From contig CM059432.1 of NCBI GenBank assembly GCA_030390025.1, positions 15,068,001-15,132,000 on the forward strand: a stretch of 64,000 bases of DNA. The letters are read 5' to 3'. The translations under genes and the position numbers were made by a program. The notes under the pieces are model-generated. The model worked only from the letters and a program-made list of their open reading frames with translations, had not been told where the DNA came from and did no database searches. Source of the stretch: Squalus acanthias. Lineage: Eukaryota. Below are positions 11,991-25,189 of the stretch, piece by piece (position 1 is the stretch's first letter; every line of letters begins with the position of its first letter).

Positions 11991-12269
11991 AGGGTGTACA
12001 GATCCATGGGTGCCAGCAGCTCTCCAGGACCTCATCCAAGTTTGCGTGCTGCCTCGTTTCAGCATTTTCTTTTTCTATTTTAGCAAGTAAAATTGTGATT
12101 TTTGAATACCTATTAAAATGTGGGGTGGGGTGCATCCTAACCCAATCTTGGTCCTTAGCTGGCAGTGAGCAGGAACAGAAACCTTAGTTGACTTTTTCCT
12201 GCCTGGCCCAAAGGCTTGAGGCCATCTCACAACTGCTGCCCTAGCTAATTCTGCTCACACTAGGGTCAT

Positions 12270-13025
12270 ACAAACATACCGAACAATGACGGACAGGTAA
12301 AGACCCTCTGGTCCATCCAGCCTGTCCCGCACAATTGTGATACCTTGTGATTCACAACATACACTCTCCAGCCAACCCAAAACCATGTGATCTCCTGGGA
12401 GAGGCGAAAAATCCAGATTTAAAACCCAGGCCGATTTGGGGGGTGGTGGGGGGGGCAAAAATTCTGGGAAATTCCTCTCTGACCCATCTAGGCGATTAAA
12501 ACTAGTCCAGGAGATCACTCTGGCGCTGAATTCTCTGCAGTACCTACCTTATGTAAGAGGTGATCTCTGCCCCAGCCAGAAACAGGTCTAGCTCTCGCTT
12601 GAAGGAATTTAGCGCGTCCGCATCCACCGCACGAGACAGCAGCCTGTTCCAGAGGTCCACTATTCTCTGGAAAAAGAACCACCTCCTGACCTCGAACCTA
12701 GATCTAGCCTTATACAACTGAAATTTGTGACCACTGGTCCTCACTAACCTATTTAATTGTTACAAACTGTCAACTGGAATACAATCTATTCCCTTCATCA
12801 TCTTATAAACCTTAATCAGATCTCCCCTAAGTCTACCCTTCTCTAAAGTGTAGAGTCCTAACTCTTTTAGCCTATCTTGATAACTAAGATACTTTATACT
12901 GACAATTAGTTTAGTGGCTCCTCCTCTGCACCCTTTCCAAAGCCTCAATATCACCCATCGTATGAGGAGACCAAAACTGGTCACAGGATTCCAAGTGAAG
13001 CCTGACCAAGATCTTGTGCAAGGAC
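12270..13025 (-). mobile_element. 5'-truncated CR1 LINE with 3' UTR
   Basis: LSYQDRLKELGLYTLEKGRLRGDLIKVYK and RRWFFFQRIVDLWNRL; related to 4345-5340. Confidence 0.85.
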
Positions 13026-13029
13026 AAAA

Positions 13030-13692
13030 TAGTTGCGCCTCTCCGGCATTAGCTTTGCGAGAATGACATCTCGCTGTCTGCCTCACCATCGAAATGCATT
13101 AAGCGGTGTGAAGTTGCTGTATTTGCGTGGTAGACACAGACTAAACGAGCCACAGAAAGTTACGTTTTGTCACTTCAAGTCTAAGTACCCTTTTAACAAC
13201 ATGATAAGCGTTAATTACTGCCAATTGACCTTCTGGCACTGAAAATTAATTATTACCAGTGTGAAGCCTCACTCCTTCAGGTTTTAACAGTTGTTGGAGA
13301 TTTAAAAAAGGTTAAATTAAAATTTTTTAAATGTGTTTGTTACTGTTCCCTTCTGTCTCTTTTTTCTCCCTCTTAATCCAATCTTTCTTTCCCTCTCTTT
13401 ATTTCTCTTTCTGCACCTGATTTGACATTGAATTCACCCACTCCAATTTACACTTCCTTCTCAGTCCTTGCGCTGTTTATTTCTCAATCCTTCAATCTGA
13501 ATGGTTAAGGAGATACACGGTGGCGTTCCCTGTTCACTCAGGTCCCAGATGCCCGGTTTCCCTCGCTGCGATGTTATCAGCTTGCACGTTCAGCAACTCG
13601 CCGCGCAAAAAATTTAAAAACCTAAATGTGCAAGGGCAAGTCTAACTAACGGCAGATACAATTAGATGTCCTGCCACAGCAAATTATAGCCC
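13030..13692. mobile_element. Truncated non-autonomous DNA transposon, inverted copy of the family at 54682-55393
   Basis: ttaattactgccaa...ttctggcactgaaaattaa is the reverse complement of sequence at about 55063-55101; right end aaattatagccc. Confidence 0.65.
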
Positions 13693-14101
13693 ATTATTTT
13701 TTTAAGGGTCTGAGTGACACATTGCAAATAACAGGCGCACATCTCACTAGAGGCCATATCTCGGTTGCTTGATTGCCTCAGAAGTCCAGAAATTCTGGTC
13801 AAAGTTAGTCAAGTTGTGTGTGGGGGGTGGGGGGGGGGTTGGTGGAAATGTTAAAATGCGACTCCTTTAATTCGGCAACTCTCATTTGATCTTGTAGATA
13901 TTTGAGATTATTTACTTTGTAAAAATATTTCACTCAGGCCCTAAATAATTATTAAGTCCAATATATCATCATTAAGAAAAATAACTTTTATCGCACTGCA
14001 GTAGGATTGACATAAATTGTCATTTAAAAAAAACCAAAGTGATATATTTGAGGACTAATGTGACTTGAGTGTTTAGTTCATTAATATAGTGCACATACAT
14101 A

Positions 14102-15638
14102 CAGATACAGCAAAGGCTATGGGCCCTGACAACATCCCGGCTGTCCTGCTGAAGACTTGTGCTCCAGAACTAGCCGTGCATCTAGCCAAGCTGTTTCAGT
14201 ACAGCTACAACACTGGCATTTACCCGACAATGTGGAAAATTGCCCAGGTATGTCCTGTCCACAAAAGTAGGACAAATCCAATCTGGTCAATTACCTCCCC
14301 ATCAGTCTACTTAATCATCAGCAAAGTGATGGAAGGTGTTGTCGACAGTGCTATCAAGCGGCACTTACTCACCAATAACCTGCTCACCGCCAGGACCACT
14401 CGGCTCCAGACCTCATTACAGCCTTGGTCCAAACATGGACAAAAGAGCTGAATTCCAGAGGTGAAGTGAGAGTGACTGCCCTTGACATCAAGGCAGCATT
14501 TGACCAAGTGTGGCATCAAGGAGCTCAAGTAAAATTGAAGTCAATGGGAATCAGGGAGAAAAATCTCCACTGGCTGGAGTCATACCTCGCGCAAAGGAAG
14601 ATGGTTGTGGTTGTTGGAGGTCAATCATCTCAGCCCCAGGACATCGCTGCAGGAGTTCCTCAGGACAGTGTCCTAGGCCCAACCATCTTCAGCTGCTTCA
14701 TCAATGACCTTCCCTCCAACATAAGGTCAGAAGTGAGGATGTTCGCTGATGATTGCATGGTGTTCAGTTCCATTTGCAACTCCTCAGATAATGAAGCAAT
14801 CCATGCCCGAATGCAGCAAGACCTGGATGACATTCAGGCTGGGCTGGTAAGTGGCAGGTAATATTTGCCCCAAACAAGTGCCAGGAAATGACTATCTCCA
14901 ACAAGCGCCGCCCCTTGACATTCAACGGCATTATCATCACCAAATCCCCCACCATCAACATTCTGGGGGTCACCATTGACCAGAAATTTAACTGGACCAG
15001 CCACATAAATACTGTGGCCAAAAGAGCAGGTCAGAGGCTGGGTATTCTGCGGCGAGAATCTCACCTCCTAACTCTCCAAAGCCTTTCCACCATCTACAAG
15101 CCACAAGTCAGGAGTGTGATGGAATACTCTCCACTTGCCTGGATGAGTGCAGCTCCAACAACACTCAAGAAGTTTGACACCATCCAGGACAAAGCAGCCC
15201 GCTTGATTGGCACCCCATCCACCACCTTAAACATTCACTCCCTCCACCACCGGCGCACCGTGGCTGCAGTGTGTACCATCTGCAAGATGCACTGCAGCAA
15301 CTCGCCAAGGCTTCTTCAGCAGCACCTCCCAAACCCACGACCTCTTCCACCTAGAAGGACAAGGGCAGCAGGTGCGTGGGAACACCATCATCTGCAAGTT
15401 CCCCTCCAAGTTACATACTATCCTGACTTGGAAATATATCGCCGTTCCTTCATTGTCGCTGGGTCAAAATCCTGGAACTCCCTCCCTTACAGCACTGTGG
15501 AAGTACCTTCACCTCACGGACTGCAGCGGTTCAAGAAGACAGCTCACCACCACCTTCTCAAGGGCAACTAGGGATGGGCAATAAATGCTGGCCTTGCCAG
15601 TGACGCCCACATCCCAGGAATGAATATTTAAAAAAAAT
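14102..15638 (+). mobile_element. 5'-truncated copy of the LINE at 8485-11761
   Basis: Collinear with about 10200-11761 (AMGPDNIP...DIKAAFD...MFADD...YSPLAWMSAAPTTLKK) with the same 3' end and A-tail. Confidence 0.92.
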
Positions 15639-16685
15639 TACCATGTGGTCATGACTTGATTTTACTGCTTTTGCGCTATTACTCTAATCACAGCTGAGGC
15701 TAGGTCTGAGCTTTCTACATAGTTAGAATTATCATGCCCATTATATGCCCAAATTGAGTATCAGAAAACAGTAGAATGTCATTACCACCCTAATGAACAG
15801 TTGAAAATGTGACTACTTGATGCTGGCCCAACAGAGCAACCTCTCGTGAGATTCTAATTTCAAGAACTGGCAATATAACAGAGCCCAATTTCCTCTGCTT
15901 TGTAAAGTGAAGGCCGCTTAACAGCAATAGCAGTAAATAGCACAGGTTGTGGTGTATTTCCCATAACCACCATCAGTGCCATTCCACTGAACATGAAACC
16001 CATCTCATATCAGTATAAATACAAGGGTGTCAGCATTTGATACGGTCTTTTGATTTCCCAGGTATTGAGCCTCCGCCGTGTGTAGTTGTGGATAATACTT
16101 TAACGTAGTTAATTTAATTAATAGTGACGTTATGACATTGTGCGAGGTAATGTAGGTGTAAAATTGACCAACTGTGTGACTTGACTGATACAATATGCAT
16201 CAAAATAATGAATATTTATTTTGAATATTTATTTTCAATCAACATTAAAGTGTTAAGAAGCAAAGTGTAAGCCATCCAGGAGAATAAAACCCCTAGCCTT
16301 CACCGTTGATTTATATTGTGATAGGTATGAGGTGGTTCATGTTAAGCTTCTCAGCTTCCTCTCATGAGGCTGTCTATCCTGCAAGTCAAGAAATCAAATA
16401 AAAATGATGAGAACTTTCCTAAATGATTCACATTCTCTGTCTCTATCATTCTTGTATTTATCTTTCCTGTGGGCTTTTTGTTTTTTTAAGGGCACAATGA
16501 TAAATGGCTGAATCCAAAACTTAATAATATTTCCCTGTATATTATGGCCTGGGATCATATTACCAAAAATTAAGTATTGATTTTCAAATCTTGGCAAAGG
16601 GTACATAAGATAACTTTGCTGTGAGGCTACACTGCAATGACAGATTACTATTGGAAGTACTACAGTTTGCACAACTTTTGTTTTA

Positions 16686-17092
16686 GGTGTCAGCTGTGGC
16701 TCAGTGGTCGCACTCTCGCCTCTGAGTCAGAATAGGTTCAAGTCCCATTCCGAGACCCAAGCACATAATCTCAGCTGACATTCCAGTGCAGTACTGAGGG
16801 AGTGCTGTCTTTCAGATGAGACGTTAAACCGAGGCCCTGTCTTCCCTCTCAGGCGGATGTAAAAGCTTCCACGGTACTGTACTATTCAAAGAAGAGCAGG
16901 GGGAGGTCTCCTGGTGTGCTGGCCAACATTTGTCCTTCAACCAATACCACTAAAAACTATTTGTGGGACCTTGCTGTGCGCAAATTGGCTGCTGCATTAT
17001 CCAGTGACTGGACTTCAAAAAATACTTCATGTGAAGCGTTTGGGACATCCTGAGGTCATGAAAGGTGCTATATAAAAGCAAGTTTTTTTCTT
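16686..17092 (+). mobile_element. tRNA-headed Deu-core SINE (SacSINE1-like)
   Basis: A box tggctcagtgg, B box ggttcaagtcc, core cagtgcagtactgagggagtgctg...cagatgagacgttaaaccgagg, L2-like tail. Confidence 0.8.
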
Positions 17093-17200
17093 TTAATTAA
17101 GAAGCCAAGATAAAAGGCTAAGGCCATTACTGCTGGACACGACAAAGCTGAAAAGAGGAAACGAGATGAGGTATATCGTGAAGAACTGATTAGGTGATGT

Positions 17201-17340
17201 CAGTTCTGATGAAAGGTCATCGACCTGAAACGTTAACTCTGCTTCACTCTCCACAGATGCTGCCGGACCTGCTGAGTACTTCCAGCGTCTTCTGTTTTTA
17301 TTTCAGATTTCCAGCATCCGCAGTATTTTGCTTTTGTGTC
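17201..17340 (+). mobile_element. Penelope-like terminal-repeat fragment with minimal hammerhead ribozyme
   Basis: AGTT-CTGATGA-A-AGGTC(atc)GACCT-GAAA-CG-TT-AACT at 17202-17238; flanking direct repeat GGTGATGT at 17193-17200 and 17341-17348. Confidence 0.8.
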
Positions 17341-17824
17341 GGTGATGTTAAGATTGGCTGTTAGAAATATGTAGATTGTAGGAGGAAAGAACGACCGTGG
17401 GAGATAAGGACAGTTGTGAGATCTTAGGAAAGAATGAGTTACAGTTCTTGATTTAGCACAATGAGGATGTACAAATATGGAACAAGAACATGCAGGCAAG
17501 CAAGTCTGGAACTTAGCAGGAACAATAGGGCAAAGTGCACAACGGTAGTGATGTGATAAAATAAAGAAAAACAAGAAAATGTGCAATAGCGTGTGTGTGT
17601 GTGAGAGAGAGAGAAGGAGAGCAAGAGTGAGAGAAAGGTTGGACACTAGAGGTGAAAGTGGAGTTTAATTTAAATATCCTGTCCAGCTGTGCAGTACAAC
17701 ATATTATAGAGTGAAAGATTATCTGACAACATAAGGTTTGTTATCTGATTGAGAATCCGAACATTTAAGATTGATATAATCTGCGTTATATTGATATTCC
17801 TGTCACCCTCCTCCCACTTTTAAT

Positions 17825-18558
17825 GATTAGAAAGTTACAAAGTATTTACTGCGCAGAATCAGGGCATTTGGCCCAACAGGTCCATGCCGGTGTTTATGCT
17901 CCACACGAGCCTCTTCCCACCATTCTTCATCTAACCCCATCAACATATCCTTATATTCCATTCTCCCTCATAGGTTTATCTAACTTCCTGTTAAATGCAT
18001 CCATGCTATTCGCTTCAACCACCCCCTGTGATGGCGAGTTCCACATTCTAACCACTCTCTGGGTAAAGAGGTTTCTCCTGAGTTCCCTATTGGGTTTATT
18101 AATGACTATCTTATATTTATGGCCCCTAATTCTGGATTCGTCTGCAAGTGGAAAGATCTTCTCTACGTCTACCCTATCAAGCCCTTTTATAATCTTGGAC
18201 CTCTATTAGGTCACCCCCCCAGTCTGTTCTTTTCTAGAGAAAAGAGCCCCAGCCTATTCAATCTTTTCTGATAAGTATAACCTCTCAGTAGTGGTATCAT
18301 TCTTGGCAATCTTTTTTGCACCTTCTCCAGTGCCTCCATATCCTTTAAATAATATGGAAACCATAACTGTTCACAGTCTAACCAAGGTTCTGTACAAGTT
18401 TAACATAACTGCTCTGCTGTTCAATTCTATCCCTCTAGAAATGAACTCCAGTGCTTTGTTTGCTTTTTATGGCCTTATTAACCTGCAGCGCTACTATTAG
18501 TGATCTGCGTATCTGTACCCCCAGCTCCCTCTTCTCCTCTACCCCATTTAGACACTTA
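17825..18558 (-). mobile_element. Degenerate CR1 3' fragment
   Basis: Reverse-strand CR1 ORF2 C-terminal and 3' UTR motifs (accactctctgggtaaag; ccccagcctattcaatct); appears to resume briefly after 19438. Confidence 0.75.
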
Positions 18559-19435
18559 GGGCTGGATTTTGCCAGCGCTCAGAGGGCGGGTTTGGAGGCG
18601 GGTCAAAGGGTAAAATGGTTTTGATTGACGGCGGGTTGAGGTCCCGCTGTCAACCCGCCTCCAAACAATTTTCCCAAGTGTCGGGTCCCCGATTTGCGCA
18701 TGGACCCGACACCTAGCGGCGGGAAGAGGATTAAAACCAATTACCTGCCTATTAACAGGTAGTTGCTAGTAGTTGACAGGCTATTTTTGAATTTTGCCGC
18801 TTCTGCCTCGGGTTTCCCCGATGTCCGGACACCATGCCAGGTAAGTGTGACGTGTTGTGAGTCTGCTGTAATGTTTCTGCATTGATGACAGCTGCAGAAG
18901 TGGTGTGAAGGATCCAATGGTGCACTGGTGAGTCTCAGAGGTAAGCAAATGTTGGGAAATGCATTTTTAATGCATTTACACATTTCTTTAGGTTACCAGT
19001 TTTGAAATCCATGTCCAGTGCCACCTCATTGGGAGAACCTCTCTCACCAGTGACAGATCGCTTCTGTCACCTCACCTGCAGCTGCCATCTATTCCAGCCT
19101 ATGGAGGGAGTGATTGGAGAGCCTGGGTGCAAGAGCTCACCTTTGTACAGTGATTGGCAGTGTTTGCAGCACCTCAATGCTGTCAAACACTGAGAAATCA
19201 GCTGTCAAAAAAAATTTGTGCATGGTCCCTTTAAGAAAACCGGCAGATGACACGTCATTAAATGACGTCATCTGACCGGCTTCCTCTTAATTGGCCGGCA
19301 AGCCCGCAGGACGGGCTTAACAAGGTCAATCAATGTAAAATCACGTCTGTGGGCCGGATGCAGTTGGGGGCGGGACTGGAAGCCGGAAACCACCTGACCC
19401 GCACCCAACCCGCCTCCATTGAAAAAATCGCGGCC
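18559..19435. mobile_element. Non-autonomous DNA transposon, PIF/Harbinger-like
   Basis: TTA|GGGCTGGATTTT ... AAAATCGCGGCC|TTA with subterminal inverted repeats (ggcgggtttggaggcgggtc / gacccgcacccaacccgcc); 3-bp TTA duplication. Confidence 0.7.
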
Positions 19436-20459
19436 TTAATTTCCAAGGAGTATGTGTCCTCCTTATTTTCTCTCCTGTGTTTTATATGTACTGATCATTT
19501 GGCTTTTTTAAACTGAGAGTCAGCTTTTCAACCCATGTGTCATCTTACCAAAGCTTCACAAGTAAAATCAGTCATTTTCCCTCAGATTAGAGATTGCCAA
19601 TGTGAAGCAAACAGAACCGTTTAAAAGAACGACTGGAGGCCATCAGAACCGATCGTGGCTTGGAGGCTGGAACTGAGGGCTGTTACAACCAATTATTTTC
19701 TCCCGCTTTTGTTTGCACACAAACATGAAGCTGAAAATTTTAAACTGAGTTGATGGTTTCTGAGAGTTTTAGTTGCAGATGTCTTTCATTTAGGGTTTGT
19801 TCCCAAGGAAGTCATGTGTAACAAATAAGGTGCTAAAATAGACCGTATAAAATATTTTTTTAAAATCTACTCAAGGAACTTTCTGGGATATGTGCAGCCT
19901 TATATTGAAGGTTTTCTTTTTCCAAGACTGGCTATAGCGGCTCTTTTTCTTGAGATAAAGAGGATGTTCCCTGGTGTCGATGCATTGATTAGTCTTATTA
20001 AGCATTCCTGTCATTGCATTGGAGGCACTGACAGGGTTTGGAAATAATAATTAACTTAAACAAATTATGCAGAAGTTCCCATATTTAGAATTTTACTACC
20101 GTGTGTTGCTGTGAATTGTCATGTGAACCATTGATTTGTTTGTGTGTGACTTCCTGTGCCTGGTTATGTTCTGTAACTTAGCCATTGTCAGATTGTTTAT
20201 GCACACATGCTTGAGGTCCTTCATTACCATGGAGTAATTGGGAAGGGGGCCCACGCCACCTAATGCAGTCAACATCCATGGGGAAACATGAGGACTGATA
20301 TTAAAAATCAGCAGGAATATAATAGGTTCCCACCTCTAGACTGGAGGCAATCAGTCACGTCAACTGAGAGCACGAAATTCAGCTCCCTGTGCCTCATCCT
20401 GGAAACCAAATTTGGAGCACTTTGCTTTTTGAATGATTGCAGTGTGCACTGATATTCCA

Positions 20460-20950
20460 AAGAACATAGGAACATAGGAACACAGGAACAGGAGTAGGCC
20501 ATTCAGCCCCTCGAGCCTGTTCCTCCATTCGATGAGATCATGGCTGATCTGCGACCTAACTCCATATACCTGCCTTTGGCCCATATCCCTTAATAACTTT
20601 GGTTAACAAAAAGCTATCAATGTCAGATTTAAAATTAACAATTGATCTAGCATCAACTGCCGGTTGCGGAAGAGAGTTTCAAACTTCTACCACCCTTTGT
20701 GTGTAGAAGTGTTTTCTAATTTCACTCATGAAAGGTCTGGCTCTAATTTTTAGACTATGCCCCCTAGTCCTAGAATCCCCAACCAGCGGAATAGTTTCTC
20801 TCTATCTACCCTATCTGTTCCCCTTAATATCCTGAAAACATCGATCAGATCACCCCTTAACCTTCTAAATTCTAGGGAATACAACCCTAATTTGTGTAAT
20901 CTCTCCTCATAACTTAACCCTTTAAGTCCGGGTATCATTCTAGTAAACCT
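20460..20950 (-). mobile_element. CR1 3' fragment
   Basis: MIPGLKGLSYEERLHKLGLYSLEFRRLRGDLI; terminal (gttcctat)n. Confidence 0.9.
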
Positions 20951-23130
20951 TCTCTACCCTCAGAGAGCTGTGGATGCTCAGTCATTGAGTATATTCAAGA
21001 CATATAAATTGGCCAGAAAAAGCAGTAACCCTGTGGATTGGGAGCAGTTTAAGATTCAACAAAGGAGGACAAAGGGATTAATTAAGAAGGGGAAAATAGA
21101 ATACGAGAGTAAGCTTGCAGGGAACATAAAAACTGACTGTAAAAGCTTTTATAGACATGTGAAGAGAAAAAGATTAGTGAAATCAAGCATAGGTCCCTTG
21201 CAGTCAGAATCAGGGGAACTTATAACGGGGAACAAAGAAATGTCAGACCAATTTTGGTTCTGTCTTCACAAAGGAGGACACAAATAACCTCCCAGAGATG
21301 TTGGGGAACATAGGGTCTGATGAAAGGGAGGAACTGAAAGAAATCAGTATTTGTAGGGAAATGGTGTTAGGGAAATTGAAGGGATTGAAGGCCGATAAAT
21401 CCCCAGGGCCTGATAATCTACATCCTAGGGTACTTAAGGAAGTGGCCCTAGAAATAGTAGATGCATTGCTGATCATCTTCCAACATTCGATGGAATCTGG
21501 AACAGAACCCATGGATTGGAGGGTAGCTAATGTTACCCCACTATTCAAAAAGGGTGGTAGAGAGAAAACGGGGAATTGCCTGACATCGGTAGTGGGGAAA
21601 ATGCTAGAGTCCATTATAAAAGATGTAATAGCTGAGCACTTGAAAAACAGTGACAGGATCGGACAAAGTCAACATGGATTTACAAAAGGTAAATCATGCT
21701 TGACTAATCTATTGGAATTTTTTGAGGATGTAACTGGTAAAATAGATAAGGGAGAACCAGTGGATGTGGTGTATTTAGACTTCCAAAAGGCTTTTGATAA
21801 GGTCCCGCATAAGAGATTAGCGTGTAAAGTTAAGGCACATGGGATTGGGGGCAAGGTATTGACTTGGATAGAGAACTGGTTGGCAGACAGAAAGCAAAGA
21901 GTTGCAATAAACGGGTCTTTTTCCGAGTGGCAGGCAGTGACTAGTGGGGTACCGCAGGGATCGGTCCTTGGACCCCAGCTATTCACAATATATATATATG
22001 ATCTAGACAAGGGAACTAGATGTAATATCTCCAAGTTTGCAGACGACACAAAACTGGGTGGGCGTGTGTGCTGCGAGGAGGATGCCGAGAAACTCCAGGA
22101 TGATTTGGACAGGTTGGGTGATTGGGCAGAAGCGTGGCAGATGCAATATAACGTGGATAAATGCGAGGTTATCCACTTTGGTGTCAAAAACAGAAAGGCA
22201 GATTATTATCTGAATGGCAATAGATTGGGAGAAGGGGAAGTGCAACAAGACCTGGGTGTCCTTGTGCACCAGTCGCTGAAGGTAAGCATGCAGGTGCAGC
22301 AGGCGGTTAAGAAGGCAAATGGTATGTTGGCCTTCATAGCGAGAGGGTTTGAGTACAGGAACAAGGATGTCTTGCTGCAGTTGTATAGGGCCTTGGTGAG
22401 ACCACACCTTGAGTACTGTGTGTAGTTTTGGTCGCCTTATCTGAGGAAGGATGTTCTTGCCATGGAAGGAGTTCAGCGAAGATTCACAAGGCTGATACCT
22501 GGGATGGCAGGAATGACGTATGAAGAGAGATTGGGTCGATTGGGCTTATACTCGCTGGAGTTTAGAAGAATGAGAGGGGATCTCATTGAAACTTATAAAA
22601 ATCTGACAGGACAGGACAAACTAGATGCAGGAAGGATGTTCCCGATGGTCGGGGAGTCCAGAACCAGAGGTCACAGTCTAAGGATAAGGGGAAAGCCATT
22701 TAGGACTGAGATGAGGAGGAATTTCTTCACCCAGAGAGTGGTGAACCTGTGGAATTCTCTGCCACAGAAGGCAGTAGAGGCCAATTCATTAAATAGATTC
22801 AAGAAGGAGTTGGATATATTTCTTAAGGCTAAAGGGATCAAGGGATATGGGGAGAAAGCAGGGACAGGGTACTGAATTTGGATGATCAGCCATGATCGCA
22901 TTGAATGGCGGAGCAGGCTAGAGGGGCCGAATGGCCTACTCCTGCTCCTATCTTCTATGATTCTATGACAGAGATCAAAAGATTTTTTGGATACTAAGGG
23001 AATCAAGGGATATGGGGATAGTGCGGGAGAAGGTGGAGTTGAGGTAGAAGATCAGCCATGATCTTTTTGAATGGTGGAGCAGGCTCGAAGGGCCGAATGG
23101 CCTACTCCTGCTCCTGCTTCTTATGTTCTT
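20951..23130 (+). mobile_element. Short CR1 3' fragment split by the CR1 insertion at 21003-22966
   Basis: ...gagtatattcaaGACA (ending 21002) resumes as GACAgagatc (22967); the uninterrupted form attcaagacagagatcg is present at about 24312. Confidence 0.75.
21003..22966 (+). mobile_element. 5'-truncated CR1 LINE with nearly intact RT domain
   Basis: KSPGPDNLHPRVLKE, YLDFQKAFDKVPH, GVPQGSVLGP, KFADDTKL; stop at 22423-22425 and a small deletion in the YRP motif; (ttctatga)n end. Confidence 0.95.
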
Positions 23131-23839
23131 AAGTCTGATATGTAACTGGCAACTGGGTGGTACACATGAGGGTGGCTTGCCATCTGGTTTTCCTAAACTC
23201 CATGCGTGGGAAGTACCGGGCATGCACTCATTACCACGCTCTAATGACACAGCTGAAATAGGGAACTCACCCCGTGGGGACAAGCTCTTCGTCTTGCCAC
23301 CCTGCCATCTTGTTTTGGAGCATCAGCGCCCCATGTCACCACACTGCTAGTTGACGCACCTCATTAGCAGACCCTCTCTCACTGGAAAATCAGTGGATGC
23401 TGAGGGGTTAACCTGATTCTATTAAACATGAATCATGCTCAAAACAGAACCGCTTTGCCAAGGCACTTTATAGCCAGAGCAGCATTCTGCTTGCATCAGA
23501 GTATTTTTATAAAGTGGGGATTAAAAATAGCTAACTTGCAACGTTTTGTACGACATCCAATTTAATCATTCATTTCACAATTCAATCAAAACAGAAACAA
23601 CAGAAAACACTCAGCAGAAACATACCGTACAAGGTTTGGAGCACAGTTGTACAATATACGACTGTCTCCAGTTAAAATCATAGATCAGCTTGATTTCACT
23701 TTGAAGGCTGATGGGTGGGGGTTGGGCATTGCTACGATAAACCGTTTTGCAAGACCTTTGCCATGTTTGTGCTATCGGGTGTCATATATTTTGAACAGCT
23801 TTTTGAATTGTTTTGTTCCTGGAACAGAAATTCCGTACA

Positions 23840-24620
23840 ATGATTGAATGGAAAATGGATTTGTGTATACCAATTCTGTGCATTGTCAGTAAGTGGGTAG
23901 TTGTTTGGTATACTGAAATTCAGTACAGCGTCAGTGAATGGGAACAAGATTGTATACTGGAATTCTGTTTGGGAATTCTGTGTAGTGTCAATGAATGGAA
24001 CAAGATTGTGTTCCTGGGATGAGGGGATTGTCCTATGAGGAGAGATTGAGTAGACTAGGCCTATATTCTCTGGAGTTTAGAGGAATGAGAGGTGATCTCA
24101 TTGAAACATACAAAATTCTTACAGGGCTTGACAGGGTAGATGCAGGGAGGATGTTTCCCCTGGCTGGGGAGTCTAGAACCAGGGGTCACAGTCTCAGAAT
24201 AAGGGCTCGGCCATTTGGGACTGGAGATGAGGAGAAATTTCTTCACTCAGAGGGTGGTGAATCTTTGGAATTCTCTACCCCAGAGGGCTGTGAAGGCTCA
24301 GTCGTTGAGTATATTCAAGACAGAGATCGATAGATTTTTGGATATTAAGGGAATCAAGGGATATGGGGATAGTGCAGGAAAGTGGAGTTGAGGTAGAAGA
24401 TCAGCCATGATATTATTGAATGGCGGAGCAGGCTCGAGGGTCCGAATGGCCTACTCCTGCTCCTATTTCTTATGTATACTGGAATTCTGTATGGGAATTT
24501 TTTGTAGTGTCAATTAATGGGAACAAGACTGTATACTGGAATTCTGAATGGGAATTCTGTACAGTGTTACTGAATGGGAATGAAGTGTTATAGTGGAATT
24601 GTGTGCAGTGTCAGTGAATG
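23840..24620. repeat. Degenerate minisatellite (about 40-55 bp unit) interrupted by CR1
   Basis: Recurrent gtatactggaattctg...gtgtcaatgaatgggaacaagatt on both sides of 24011-24473. Confidence 0.65.
24011..24473 (+). mobile_element. CR1 3' fragment
   Basis: PGMRGLSYEERLSRLGLYSLEFRGMRGDLIETYKIL plus the CR1 3' UTR. Confidence 0.9.
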
Positions 24621-25189
24621 TAAAGCAATTTGGGTCTACTGAGAATAAACTATTGCACCGTCAGTCAGGCTGGCCACATGCTCCACAACAACTCACCAGC
24701 ATGCTCGCCTCTCTCAGCTCCCACATCTGTCTGCCTAATTTGACTCTTCCATTCCAAGTCTTCCTATGCACAGTGCCCCCCACCCCTCCCCAACCTCAGT
24801 GCTGAGCTTCTATATGGTGTTTTCCGATCTGAAATGGCTTCTCTCCCATTCTAAGGCCGCTGTGCAAGACTTGTGCTAAAGCCAGAGTAGGCTACAATCT
24901 GGAAATGAAACTTGCTGGGATTTGCTGTGTATTCGCAGCTGCCAGCATGAGCAGATCCCAGCCAGTTTCCTTTCAGGTTGCGGCTAGCTGTGGGGAACCC
25001 GCATGTCAGGTGCTGACACCAGCAGCATGGGTCTCATTCAATGTCAGAGCAGTTTCAGGGTACAGATCTTCAGCTATAGGGTAATATGCCCTGCCTGGAG
25101 CAATCTCCTTCTAACCTTCTCTGTCACTGGTCACTCCTCACTACGAGAGAGAAAAGAGAGAAAAAGAGCAGAAAGGAAAGAAAATAAAA

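Noticed and set aside
16686..16770. tRNA genes at A/B-box sequences (also 1490-1566, 8485-8565, 47440-47514)
   Set aside because: They continue directly into SINE or LINE bodies and lack a complete cloverleaf and terminator.
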